NCBI RefSeq assembly: GCF_009914755.1
Contig: NC_060926.1
Length of the DNA stretch: 64,000 bases
Source: the human T2T-CHM13v2.0 reference genome, Homo sapiens
Reading direction: 5' to 3' (one strand)
Shown here piece by piece: positions 26,211 to 38,500 of this stretch. Every line of letters begins with the position of its first letter. Position 1 is the first letter of the stretch. The position numbers were made by a program, and so were the translations under genes. Under the pieces are notes generated by a model. It made no database searches and was not told the DNA's origin. It saw nothing but the letters and a program-made list of their open reading frames with translations.

Positions 26211-27447
26211 TTTTTCACACTTCTCAGGGTTAAATTCAGGGGTGAAGGGATATGCAATGAATTTCAGTTCCAGATGTGTACAGCAATAGAGAGGCATAGG
26301 AAATTGTTGGCCTCCCTGAGGCCTCACCCAGGACAAGCAATGGAGAGAGGATGGCTCAGGAATCACCATTGTCAGCAGTTACTCCCAAGATTTGACCCAG
26401 GCTCAGTGGGTTTTCCTGAGGCTGGAACAGGAGTGAGAATGTCTCAGCCATGTTCCCCAGCTCCTCCTGGCTCCTGACAATCCTGGGGCCAGAGAATTGA
26501 CTATTCAAGACAAATGGGTTAATGGCCCAGCGGGTCATGACACACAGGTAACAACAGAGAGCAACCTGTACTGCATTTCCTTGAAAAGAGTCAATTAAAG
26601 AAGGTGCTGACCCTGGCAGAGTGAGTGGCTCAGCCAAAACATCATTCTACAGCTCATTTTGTTCTATCTTATTCATCTCAGTCTGATTTAACTAATTTTG
26701 CCAGATTCTAGTACTCATCTAAATTTTTCTTAAGGGGTTATAACTGTGACAGAAAAAATAAGTAAAAATATATAAGAAGAAAATGGGAGCTACAGGTTTT
26801 ATCTTTGCCTCCTCTCTCTTCTCTGTGTAGACATAAGCACAAACACACTAATAATATTTTCACTGCCAAAGTATCTCTGTATTAATTACTCACCTTGAAA
26901 ATTACCAACTGTCTGTAGAACTGGGCTGAGCCAGGATTGTAAAATAGGCAACATCTATTTAATATCTCATATTGTTGCAGTACTTTGGAATTTTGAGTGG
27001 GCTTTCAAATAAGTTAAAATAATAGAAATAACCTTCCAGGAAAGATCAAGCAGATTTTATGTCCCCCATTAGACATATAAGAAAAGAGACTGACTTGCCC
27101 AAGACGTCCTATCTAATAAATGATGGAGCTGAGACTGGAACCAAAACATTCAGATTCCGAGTCCAGGGCATTTCTTTCCATCATTTATTGGGTCAGATGA
27201 TGATTTCTAAAGCATTTTACACCCTGAAACTTCAGGATTCCATGATTTATTTTGTCATTTCCAACAGTCAGGCATTCATGCTCTCACTTGCCATCTGGCT
27301 GCACAAAGACTGCCCTTCACTGCCACCTACGCCCACCCTGATTTTAACACTGCCCAGCACCTATGCACTTCCCCCAAAGCACCCACCCCCAGTCCCAGTG
27401 GAAAATATACTTATTCGGTGTTTTATGTTCAGAGACCTTCTCCACCT

Positions 27448-27712
27448 GTGCTGTCCAATAGAAACAAAATGTGAGCCGCACATTTAATTTAAACTTTTTT
27501 GTCAGCCACATTGAAAGAAGTGAGATTAATTTTAATGCTACATTTTGTTTAGCCCAATATACTCAAAATATTATTTCAAAATCAATATAAAAGTTGGGAT
27601 ATTTTATAATCTTTTTTGTACTAAATGTGTGTATTTTAGGCTTACAGCACATTGCAGTTCTAACTAGCTACATTTCAAGTACTCAATAGCCACTAGTGGC
27701 CACCATATTTGA
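27448..27712. mobile_element. hAT-Charlie MITE (MER33/MER3-like)
   Basis: TGCTGTCCAATAGAA start, GTGGCCACCATATTTGAC end. Confidence 0.7.
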
Positions 27713-27769
27713 CTGAAGAGTTTTTTTTTCTATTTTTATTTATTTTTAATCTTTTACCACATCTTTTTA

Positions 27770-28928
27770 AATTTATTTTTTATTTCAATAGTTTTTAGGG
27801 AACAGGTGGTATTTGGTTACATGGATAAGCTCTTTAGTGGTGATTTCTAAGATTTTGCCATACCCATCACCTGAGCAGTGTATATTGTACCCAATGTGTA
27901 GTCTTTTATTCCTCACCCCCGTCTCACCCTTCTCCCCAAGTCCCCAGAGTCTATTGTATGATTCTTAAGGCGTTGCATCCTCATAGCTTAACTCCCGCTT
28001 GTAAGTGAGAACCTACAAGGTTTGGTTTTCCACTCCTGAGTTACTTCACTTAGAATAATGGTCTCCGATGCCATCCAGGTTGCTGCAAATGCCATTATTT
28101 TGTTCCCTTTTATGGCTGAGTAGTATTCCATGGTGTGCATGTGTGTATGTATATATATATATAAATCTATCTATATATATATATGTATATATATACATCA
28201 CATTTGCTTTATCCACTCATTGGTTGATGAGCATTTAGGCTGGTTCCATATTTTTGCAATTGCAGATTGTGCTGCTATAAACATGGATGTACAAGTGTCT
28301 TTTTCATATAAAGACTTCTTTCCCTCTGGGTAGATACCCAGTAGTGGGATTGCTGGATCAAATGGTAGTTCTACTTTTAGTTCTTTAAGGAGTCTCCATA
28401 CTGTTTTCCATAGTGGTTGTATTAGTTTACATTCCCACCAGCAGTGTAAAAGTGTTCCCTTTTCACCATATCCCTGCCAACATCTATAATTTTTAAAATT
28501 TTTTTAATTATGGCCATTCTTGCAGGAGTAAGGTGGTATCACATTGTGGTTTTGATTTGCATTCCCCTGATCATTAGTGATGTTGAGCATTTTTTCATAT
28601 GTTTGTTGGCCATTTGTATATCTTCTTATGAGAATTGTCTATTCATGTCCTTAACCCACTTTTTGATGGGATTACTTCTTTTTTCCTTGCTGATTTGTTT
28701 GAGTTCCTTGTAGATCCTAGATATTAGTCCTTTGTTGGATGCATAGTTTGTGGAGATTTTCTCCCACTCTGTGGGTTGTCTGCTCTGCTATTTCTTTTGC
28801 TGTGCAGAAGCTTTTTAGTTTCATTAAGTCTCATCTATTTATCTTTGTTTTTGTTGCATTTACTTTTGGGTTCCTGGTCATGAACTCTTTGCCTAAGCCA
28901 ATGCCTGGAAGAGTTTTTCCGATGTTGT
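27770..28928 (-). mobile_element. L1PB-like 3' portion
   Basis: L1 3' UTR and ORF2 end on the minus strand. Confidence 0.85.
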
Positions 28929-30917
28929 CTTGTTTTGGTCCTCTTTAGAAGGTGGTTTCATAATCAGCTATAAAACTCCAACAGGTGCTCTTAAATGCAG
29001 GTTTCTGATAACTGTGGAGATTGTGACATCAGAATAGAAGAAAACTTTTAGGACTCACGGAGTACTGAAATGTTCATGAATATCAAGCAGAACAGGAATT
29101 AACTGCATGGACTAAACTAATAGAAGTCTGAAATAATCTTTTTAAATTTTGCTTAAAATGTTGCTGATCCTTTGTTTTGTTTTTCAGAGTCAATAACACT
29201 TTTAAGTTATTTACAGCTTTTAACAGTTGAGTAAAGTATACTCCTATGAAAAAAATTTGGAGCATATTCATTTCTAACTGATTTCTCCAGAACTTGGAAA
29301 TTATTTGTGGGTATTTTTAACTTATGACAATATGTTATTTGCATAAGTGCAATAATAATCTGTTTTCTGTAACAGGACACAGTTGGAGAAACTGGTATTT
29401 TACCAAGGCTTTGACAGGGATGGCATGCTTTCCTTTAAGGAATCAAACTTGACTTATGGAGTCACTAAAAGCCCCTTGGAAAAACTGACCTCATACCTTT
29501 GTCTACACCGTCCCTGTATAGGGTTCCTGACCTGTGGCAAGTAAAGAATGTCACCTTCTGACAGGCCCAGGAGCCCCAGGTTTATCTTGGGACCTCAAGA
29601 GAAGAGGAATTTACTCAACTCACAGGCATTTGATGGTACAAATCCATGGCTGGACTTGGCTTTTAAAAAGTCTTATCTGAGATTCCTTCTATGGAACAAA
29701 GTTCCATCAAAGCCAATTTATAAGCCTATGTAAATATTTTTGCTGCACTGTATACAAATAATTAGGCCAAGTATAAGAAAGCAAACCAATCTTACCATGA
29801 TTTGTCTTTAGTAAAAATGGGAAACTGGAGAGAAAAATTATGTTTCAAAAACTATAGTACACCTGTTGTTAGATTCTAGTCTTCCCTAATGTTTTTCAAT
29901 TTTTATTATTTTCTACAGTTTGGATTGAATTCTAATTTTTCTTGGCTACAAGTCTTCATCTTCAAAATAATGTTTTCATTTTTTTCTCTTCTTTTTTTCC
30001 CCATTTTTCCTAATTTGGAGTCACTGAAAACTAAACTGTGCTTTCCTGTGAACTGAAGCCAGACAACTTAAACTTCAGAGGAAAATAACAGCAACCTATG
30101 TACATACATGATGTACATATGTACATCCTATGTACAACCTATGTGCATACAACCACTTTCATAACTGCCTACTGATGTATGGACTTCAGAGTTATGTGGC
30201 CTATATCGATTTGCCAGGATTGTTCTTTTGCCTGTTATTGTTTTTCTCGCTTCCTCCCCTTATTTTCTCTTCAAAGGACATGAGACTTCACAACCTTGTA
30301 AAAATGAGCTTTCCTAATAACTCAGGACCTACCCATCTAGGAATAAACCATCCCAACCAGGAGAGATCAGATGAAACCTGAGACCACAGACTCATTTTCT
30401 TCTAAAATGCTTTCTCCAAAAGATTTTTAATAAGAAAAGCAGGGAAATATGAAAGGAAAATTTCTTGGGCCCCCAAAATCACTAAGCTAAAGAGAAAAGT
30501 CAAGCTGGGAACTGCTTAGGGCAAACCTGCCTCCCATTCTATTCAAAGTTACCCCTCTGCTCACTGAGATAAATGCATATCTGATTGCCTCCTTTGGAGA
30601 AGCTAATCAGAAACTCAAAAGAATGCAACCATTTTTCTCTTATCTACATATGACCTGGAAGCCCCCTCCCCATTTTGAGTTGTCCCACCTTTGCTTCGAG
30701 TTCTCCCGCCTTTCCAGACCAAACCAATGTTCATCTTACATATGTTGATTGATGTCTCATGTCTCCTTAAAATGTATAAAACCAAACTGTGCTCTGACCA
30801 CCCTGGGCACATGTCATCAGGACCTCCTGAGGCTGTATGACGGGCACATGTCCTCAACCTTGGCCAAATAAACTTTCTAAATTAACTGAAACCTGTCTCA
30901 GATTTTCAGGGTTCACA
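28929..30917 (+). mobile_element. MER4-group ERV1 internal 3' part plus MER4A-type LTR (30448-30917)
   Basis: Purine tract AAGAAAAGCAGGGAAA, then an LTR GAAAGGAAAA...CCAAAATCACTAAGCTAAAG...AATAAA...GGGTTCACA. Confidence 0.8.
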
Positions 30918-31345
30918 TAATCAACCTTCTGAATTCTTTATCTGGCAATTCAGAGATTTCTTTTTGGTTTCGATCCATTGCTGGAGAGCTAATGTGATCT
31001 TTTGGGGTTGCTATAGAAACTTGTTTTGTCATATTACCAGAATTACTTTTCTGGCTCCTTCTCATTTGGGTAGACTATTTCAGTGGAAAGATCTAGAACT
31101 CAAGGGCTGCTGTTCAGATTATTTTGTCCCATGGGGTGATCCCTTGATGTGGTGTTCTCCCCTTCCCCTAAGGATGGGCTTCCTGAGAGCTGAACTGCAG
31201 TGATTGTTATTTCCCTTCTGGGACTAGCCATCCATCCGGGCTACCAGGCTCTGGGATGGTGGTAGGGAATGTCTGCAAAGAGCCTGGGATATGATCTGTC
31301 TTCAGGTCTCCCAGCCAAGGATACCAGCACCTGCTTGGACCAGAG
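30918..31345 (-). mobile_element. L1 5'/ORF1-region fragment
   Basis: Resembles L1PB/L1M 5' region and resumes directly after the LTR. Confidence 0.6.
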
Positions 31346-31875
31346 AGTTTTAAATAGTGACTGTAATGTGAGCTTTTGATGTCCTAAGGAAAAGATGTGG
31401 CCTAACATAGTTTTTTTTTTTTTCCTGTCTATGGAGGGAATATTTTGGACTATGTGAAACTGTGCTATACCAGGTCATATCAGCTCCAAGCTCCCTTGAA
31501 GCATTTGTCTTAAGTCTCAGTTCAAACCTGGCTCTGCCCGTAACTGGTTGTTTGACCCTGAGCAACTGACTTAACACCTCTGGGCCTCTATTTCCTCACC
31601 TACCAAACCAGAATACTATGACATATTTTCAGTACTTTTGTGTGAGTTAAATTTAATATTCTGTATAGGGACCTATCACTGTGCCTGTCCTATATATCCA
31701 CACTTCAACAACAGCAACTCTTGATTGCCCTCTCCTCCCTCTATGCTGTTCAGTCATGCTCCACCTTCTATGACTAGATCAGCCTGGTATGTAGCCACCA
31801 CTTGAGGAGGAGAAAAGGAATTGACCTCCTCAGTCACCCCTGGACATCCATGCACCAGTATACCTGTGACCACCT

Positions 31876-32319
31876 GTGCTGGGTTGAATAGAGTCATCCT
31901 GAAATTCATATCCACCAGAAAACTGAATGAATGTGGCCTTATTTGGAAACAGGGTCTTTGCAGATGTAATCAAGATGAGGTCCAACCAGATTAGGGTGGG
32001 GCCTAGATCCAACGATTAGCATCCTTAAAGGGAGGCCAAGTGAAGACACAGGGGAATACATAACGAAGGCTGTGTGGTGTTGGAGGCAGAGATTGGAGAG
32101 ATGTGTTTACCACCCAAGGAGTGCCAAGGATTGCTGGCAACACCAGAAGGTAGGAAGAGCTGAGGGGTGATTCTTCCCTAGAGCTTTCAGGAGTATGGCC
32201 TTTCTGGCACCTTGATTTTTAATTTCTAACCTCCAAAACTGAAAGATAATACATTTCCATTGTTTTAACCCATCCAGTTTTCAGCAATGTGTGATGACAG
32301 TCCTAGGAAATGAATACAG
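31876..32319. mobile_element. MLT1 (B/C-like) MaLR LTR
   Basis: TGTGCTGGGTTGAATAG...GGTCTTTGCAGATGTAAT...GGAAATGAATACA. Confidence 0.8.
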
Positions 32320-33114
32320 CATCATACTTTTTTCTAGGTGGCTTTGCCAATAGATTGTCAATTCATGTTCTGTCATATTCAGTTTTATGTCCCCTGTTCT
32401 TAGCATAGCACTTGGCCTACCCGGGTGCTCTTAAATGACTGTGGGCTGAAAATGAAGCAAGAAAACACATGGGGAAAACCAAGTTGGATAAACATGGAAG
32501 GGTGTCAGTTTAACCCTGATACAGCTCGAAGAATGGCTTACATGGGCCAGGGGAAGGGGCAAGTTTGGAACATTCTGTGGGTGATTGTGCCAGAAAGTGA
32601 TCCAAGAATCTCTGATTGGAGAGTTTGAATGTAAGACACAGAGAAGGACATGTGCAGTAAAGGAGCCCAAAGCAGAAAGACCTCTGAGAGGGGACAGTAA
32701 GCAGAAGCCTTAAGGCAGGAGAAGCCATGAGTGCACACCCACAGGAGACCAGAGAGTACTCAGAAAGTCACTTGGCTGTTAGAAGTGGTCATTATCAATA
32801 CAGAATGGAGACTTCCCGAGTCTCAGGAAAGGCCACCAAGAGCTGCCCCTAGGCCACTAGGAGGTCTCCTGGAGAACATTCTAGGTCCTCATGCCACCTA
32901 CTCACCCTCTGCTGAGGTGGCTTCCAATGCTTTCTCACTCACTTCCCTTATGAATCTTTACAGCTAATCACCATCCTCTGAGGTAACCTGAGTATTTTTC
33001 TCAACTGCAGGCCTAAATGTAGTTTGATTTAATTTGACTGCTTCTAGGTAGTTTTATTTTTACTTTATAGAAAAGGAAACTGCGATTCGTATTAGCCCAT
33101 TGGTGCGTTTAAGC

Positions 33115-33115
33115 G

Positions 33116-33160
<45 letters not shown>
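33115..33160 (+). repeat. (CT)n microsatellite
   Basis: Direct read. Confidence 0.9.
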
Positions 33161-33299
33161 CCTTTGTCTCTCACTATTTTCCCCTCTTAGGTTAGTTAGA
33201 GAGTGGGCATGTGACACAGAGAAGACAGCAGCAGGAAAGGTACATTTTGATGGGACAAGGAAGGTGTTGTGTGAGAAATCACTGGGTGCTCACGGGTTC

Positions 33300-33780
33300 T
33301 GCCGAGACCTGCTTGGTCGTGGAGACCCTAACCCAGTGGCGCTAGACAAACTAAAGACACACACACAGAAATATAGCGTGTGGAGTGGGAAACCAGGGGG
33401 CTGACAGCCTTCAGAGCTGAGAGCCACGAACAGAGTTTTACCCATATGCTTATTGAGAACAAGCCAGTAATAAGCATTATTTCTATAGATTATAGGTTAA
33501 CTAAAACGGGAAACAAAGGGATGGGCTCTGGCTAGTTATCTGCAGCAGGAACATGTCCTTAAGGCACAGATCGCTCATGCTATTGTTTGTGGTTCAGGAA
33601 TGTGTTAAGCGGTTTTCCACCCTGGGTGGGCCAGGTGTTCCTTTCCCTCATTCCGGTAAACCAACAACCTTCAGCGTGGGCGTCATAGCCATCACGAGCA
33701 TCTCACAGAGCTGCAGAGATTTTGTTTATGGCCAGTTTTGGGGCCTGTTTATGGCCAGATTTGGGGGCCTGTTCCCCACC
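33300..33780 (-). mobile_element. 3' LTR (MER9 family)
   Basis: About 91% identical to 40711-41192 by manual count. Preceded by the polypurine tract AAAAAGGGGGA (~33793-33783). Confidence 0.92.
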
Positions 33781-33845
33781 TGTCCCCCTTTTTGTTTTTG
33801 CAAGACGATAAAAGCAAAGGTGGCTTTGTCACGGTGAGCTACTTC

Positions 33846-35000
33846 TCACAGGAGCTGGGATCTGCATCTGCAGACTATACAAAGACAAGCAACACAGACT
33901 AATAACACAATCATCATTGAAATCACAGAGCATCCAAGTGTTTTTATCCATTTTAATGGGTTGATAGCTGCTAATCCATCTGCAGCTCCTTCAAGCACTC
34001 CAGTTCCTGGCATTAAGGTCAGGTGTGCCTGGGATACTTTAAATATTTGTTCTTTTAATTTTGGAATATCTGACGACAAGTTTGTAGAGTGTCCTTCTAG
34101 ATGCTTTTTTATTCTTTCCCAAATTTTGATCTTATTAAGAGCCATTAATAGTTTCCACAAATCCTGATGTTTAGCTCCTAGAATGGGCCATATCATTTGA
34201 GTTTGAGGTGCCACTGTACCACCATGTTTCCAGATAATAGGAACTCTTGCCATACTTCTTACCATTTCTACCATCTGACCATTTTGTTCAGACCAGCTGA
34301 ACATAGTATGGCCATGGCATGCAGACTGAGAGGTGCAATTCAAACTAAACATCCTCTTAGGGAACCAATCAGTAATGATTCCATGGGAATCGTTGTGCAG
34401 CCTCCCTGCCTGTTCTGCAATGCAATCTTTCCAAACAAGTACGTTCATTTCTTCTGACCAGGTCCAATCCTGTTTACAAATAGGTTTTTGAGGGTGGTAT
34501 TCCTCAAGTATAGAAGCAGATTTGTTATGGCAAATACTGAGACCAGAAAGCATGTGTAAGTGTGTCATAGAGTGATTACATCCGGTCATTATTGCCAGTC
34601 AAGATTTGATAGTGAGGGGGTAGGCAACTAGTGGCCTTTCCCAAACAGATAGGTGGATGTTCAAATCCTAAAGAAATATTCATAACAGTTCCTTCCTCAT
34701 GTGGGTGAGATGGGCCTCTATCATCTGTAGGACCGAGCATCCAAGAGTTATCATTAGTGTATACCTCCATTGGGGGGTCCAGCCAAGTTACAGGCTGTAG
34801 AAGTGGTGGAAAAGGTAAATATGCCCAATAAGTATAATCGTTCTCTGTGTCAGCCCTTGCTAAAGGAATACTCATGGCAATGGTGATCACCGCTACCATG
34901 GCTATCATTAAATTACTCATTGTGACTGGTTGTCCTGCTTTCCTCAGGTTTTCTTCTGCCATCTGTGACAGCTTCTTGATCTGTCCCCAGGTAGGTGGCT
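33846..35000 (-). pseudogene. env: HERV env remnant with internal deletion
   Basis: ORFs 34576..34962 (YTYWAYLPFPP) and 33846..34589 (ends in a TM anchor and cytoplasmic tail). Confidence 0.85.
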
Positions 35001-35099
35001 GTGTTCAACGGGTGTTGGTCGTGACAGTTGGGGTCCTCCTTAGCATCAACTTGGACAATGCTGCCACTGATAGGTCTTTGGGATCCCCCCAAAACCTCT

Positions 35100-37690
35100 T
35101 CCTGTGTATCTGGCTCATAGTGATGCTTTAGAGGTCTCGATGGTACCCAAATAGGCTGTTGATTCAGTCCTGGAGAAACACAAGCATAACCTCTACCCCA
35201 AGTTATTATTTGACCTATTTCCCAACTTTTTGTTATCGGATCTCTCCACTAAACCAGTTGTTCTGCTTGTCTTTGCAGCTGGTTTCTGTAAATGCTGTTC
35301 AGCCACTGTTGTAACTGCTGAACAGATGCTGTTCAGATGCTGTTCATCTGGTCTTTAGGCACACTCAAAAAATTTAAACTCAATAATGCTAGATTCAATT
35401 GCATGTGTGGTGTCCTGTAGTCTCTGTTTCCACCCTTTTGCTTTTGCAACTGCTGTTTCAGGGAGAGATTGATTCTTTCCACTATGGCTTGTCCTTGAGA
35501 ATTATATGGGATACCAATAATGTGGTTAATATTCCATATAGAGAAAAATGTAGCTAGAGTTTGGCTAGTATAGCCTGGGGCATTGTCTGTTTTAATAGAA
35601 GCTGGAATGCCCAACAGTGCAAAACACTGCAAAAGGTGATGTTTAACACAGGCAGAAGACTCTCCTGATTGGCATGTATCCCAGACAAAGTGAGAAAAGG
35701 TGTCCACACATACATGTACATAAGCTAGTCTCCCAAACAAGGGAACATGGGTAACATCCATTTGCCAAAGAGAATTAGGTTCCAATCCTCAAGGATTAAC
35801 TCCTCCTGTAAAAGATGAGAAATGCACCATTTGGCAAGTTGGGCATCACTGGATAATAGCTTTAGCTTCTTTCCAGGTAATGCTGTATCTGCGTTTGAGA
35901 CCAGAGGCATTAACATGGGTTAAATTGTGAAAGTGTCTGGCATTAGATATTGCAGTAGCAACTAGGTGATCAGCCATTTGATTACCTGCAGTCAAAGGTC
36001 TTGGAAGAGGTGTATGAGCCCTAATGTGAGTGATGTAAAAAGGGTGCATTCTACTCCTGACTGCTGTTTGCAATTGGGTAAATAAAGTCATCAGTTGTTC
36101 ATCTGTATGAAATCGTAACTGAGCATTTTCAGTTAATTGTGTGGAATGAACCACATATGAAGAATCAGAAATCATATTAATAGGCATATGAAAAGCAATC
36201 AATACCTCAGTTAGAGCTACAAGCTCTGCCTTTTGAGCTGAAGTATAGGATGTCTGTAAAACTTTACCTTTAGAGCCAGAATAAGAAGTTTTACCATTAC
36301 TAGACCCATCTGTGAAGATATTTTCAGCACCTTCAATTGGTTTAAATTTAGTTATTTTAGGGAGAATCCAATTGGTTAATTTCAAAAACGGAAACAGTTT
36401 TGTTTCAGGAAAATGATTATCAAGAATACCCACAAAGTCAGCTAAATGGGTTTGCCAAGTAAGACTATTTATAAAAGCTTGCTGTATTTGCACCTTCGTG
36501 AGAGGGACAATAATTTTTCCAGGATCATATCCATGTAATTTAACAATCCGAGTTCTCCCATTTCTTTTCATAGTAGCAATTTGATCCAAATAAGGAGTTA
36601 GAGTCTGTGAATTAGTATATGGAAGAGAAAGCCACTGTAGAAGATCTTCCTCTTGAACAATAACTCCAGTAGGTGAATGCTGAGTTGAAAAAATTAGCAA
36701 ATCTGGAGTCTTTTCTTGATCTATTCTATTTATTTGAGCCTTATGCACTCGCTTCTCAATTAGCTGTAACTCTCCCTCAGCCTCCTTTGTTAATTGCCAA
36801 GGGCTAGTGAGACTAGAATCTCCTCTAAGGTTAGAAAATAGATTATTCATGGCCTAGGTAGGAATGCCTAGAGCAGGTCACATCAAGTTAATGTCTCCTA
36901 GTAATTTTTGAAAGTCATTTAATGTTTTCAATTGATCTCTACATATGTTTACTTTCTGTGACACTATTGTAGTGTCATTTACTAAGGTCTCTAAGTAGGA
37001 GTAAGGAGTAGTAGTCTGAATTTTATCAGGAGCTATAGTTAAACCAGCGTGAGAAATCGAATTTTGCAAGTGATCATAACATTGGAGTAATATTTCTCAA
37101 GTGGGGGCAACACAAAGTATATCATCCATATAATTAATAATGCAATACTATTAAAATTTTTTACAAGTAGGTTCAATTTCTTACCCTACATAAGTCTGGC
37201 AAATTTTTGGACTGTTTAACATTCTTTGTGGCAACACTTTCCAATGAAAACACTTAGCAGGCTGCAGGTTGTTTACTGCAGGAATTGTAAATGCAAACCG
37301 TTCACAGTCTTGCTCATCTAAGGGGATAGTAAAGAAATAGTCTTTTAAATCTATGACTATTGAAGGCCAATTTTTCGGAATCATAGCAGGAGAAGGCAAT
37401 CCTGGCTGTAATGCCCCCATAGGTTGTATAACTGAATTAATGGCTCTAAGATCTGTCAACATTCTCCATTTACCTGATTTTTTCTTAATAATAAAGACCA
37501 GAGAATTCCAGGGGAAAAATGTTGGAGCTATGTGTCCTTTTTCTAATTGTTCAGTAACTAAGTCCTCTAAAGCCTCCAGTTTCTCTTTACTTAGTGGCCA
37601 CTGTTCTATCTAAATTGGCTTATCTGTTAACCATTTTAAAGGTATAGGTTCTGGAAGCTGAACAATGGCCGCCATCAAAAATGATATCCT
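35100..37690 (-). pseudogene. pol: HERV pol remnant (RT, RNase H, integrase)
   Basis: [21 protein letters not shown] (37132-37121), FTDGSS/SAQKAEL RNase H, and WQMDVTH/TDNAP integrase, with stops and frameshifts. Confidence 0.9.
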
Positions 37691-38500
37691 AAACCTTGGC
37701 AGAAACTTTGTCTTTCCACTTGAAGCAGTTCTTTCAAACCTTGCAAATTTTTTCCTAGTCCCATACCAGGGACATACCCCATTTCATGCATCATATATTG
37801 ACTTTGAGGGCTATGTAATTGCTTTGGAATTAGAACTTGTGATCCCCATTATTGTAATAAATCTCTTCCCCATAAATTTATAGGTACAGAAGTTACAATT
37901 GGTTGAATAGTCCCAGGTTGTCCATCAGGCCCTTCACAATGCAAAATATAACTACTTTGATATACTTCAGGGGCATTACCAACTCCAACTATGATAATTG
38001 AGCAGGTTGAATTGGCCACGCGGACGGCCAGTGCTGTAGAGAAATAATTGAAATGTCCGCTCCTGTATCTACCAAACCTTTAAATTTCTTTCCCTGAATA
38101 GTTATTTCACAGGTGGGATGTCTATCAGTAATTTGATTCACCCAATAAGCTGCTTTGCCTTGTTTACTTGTGCTTCCAAATCCTCCTGTTTGTTTAGTTT
38201 CACTTTTTCTCCATTTCCACATATGGCACAATCAGGAGCTGTGCTGTACACTCTCCTGGCTCTGCTTTCCAGGGAACAGAAGTAGATACAACAATTTGAA
38301 CTTCCCCATTGTAATCTGAATCAATGACTCTTGTATGTACTTGCACTTCTTTTAAATTTAAACTAGATCTACCTACAAGTAATCCTACCATCCCCACTGG
38401 CAAGGGTCCACAGACTCCTGTTGGCACTTTTTGTGGGGATCTCCAGGCAGAAGGCTCACAGCTTCTGTGCAGCATAAATCTACTGTGGCACTACTGGCTG
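37690..38500 (-). pseudogene. pro: HERV pro remnant (dUTPase + aspartic protease)
   Basis: dUTPase motifs GRSS, VIDSDYNGE, AQLLI and GGFGST, plus protease LVDTGAD, split over frameshifted ORFs. Boundaries approximate. Confidence 0.87.

Noticed and set aside
35846-36850. 334-aa pol ORF as a possibly domesticated gene
   Set aside because: It covers only connection/RNase H/IN start, and the flanking RT and IN frames are broken. Nothing visible indicates selection.
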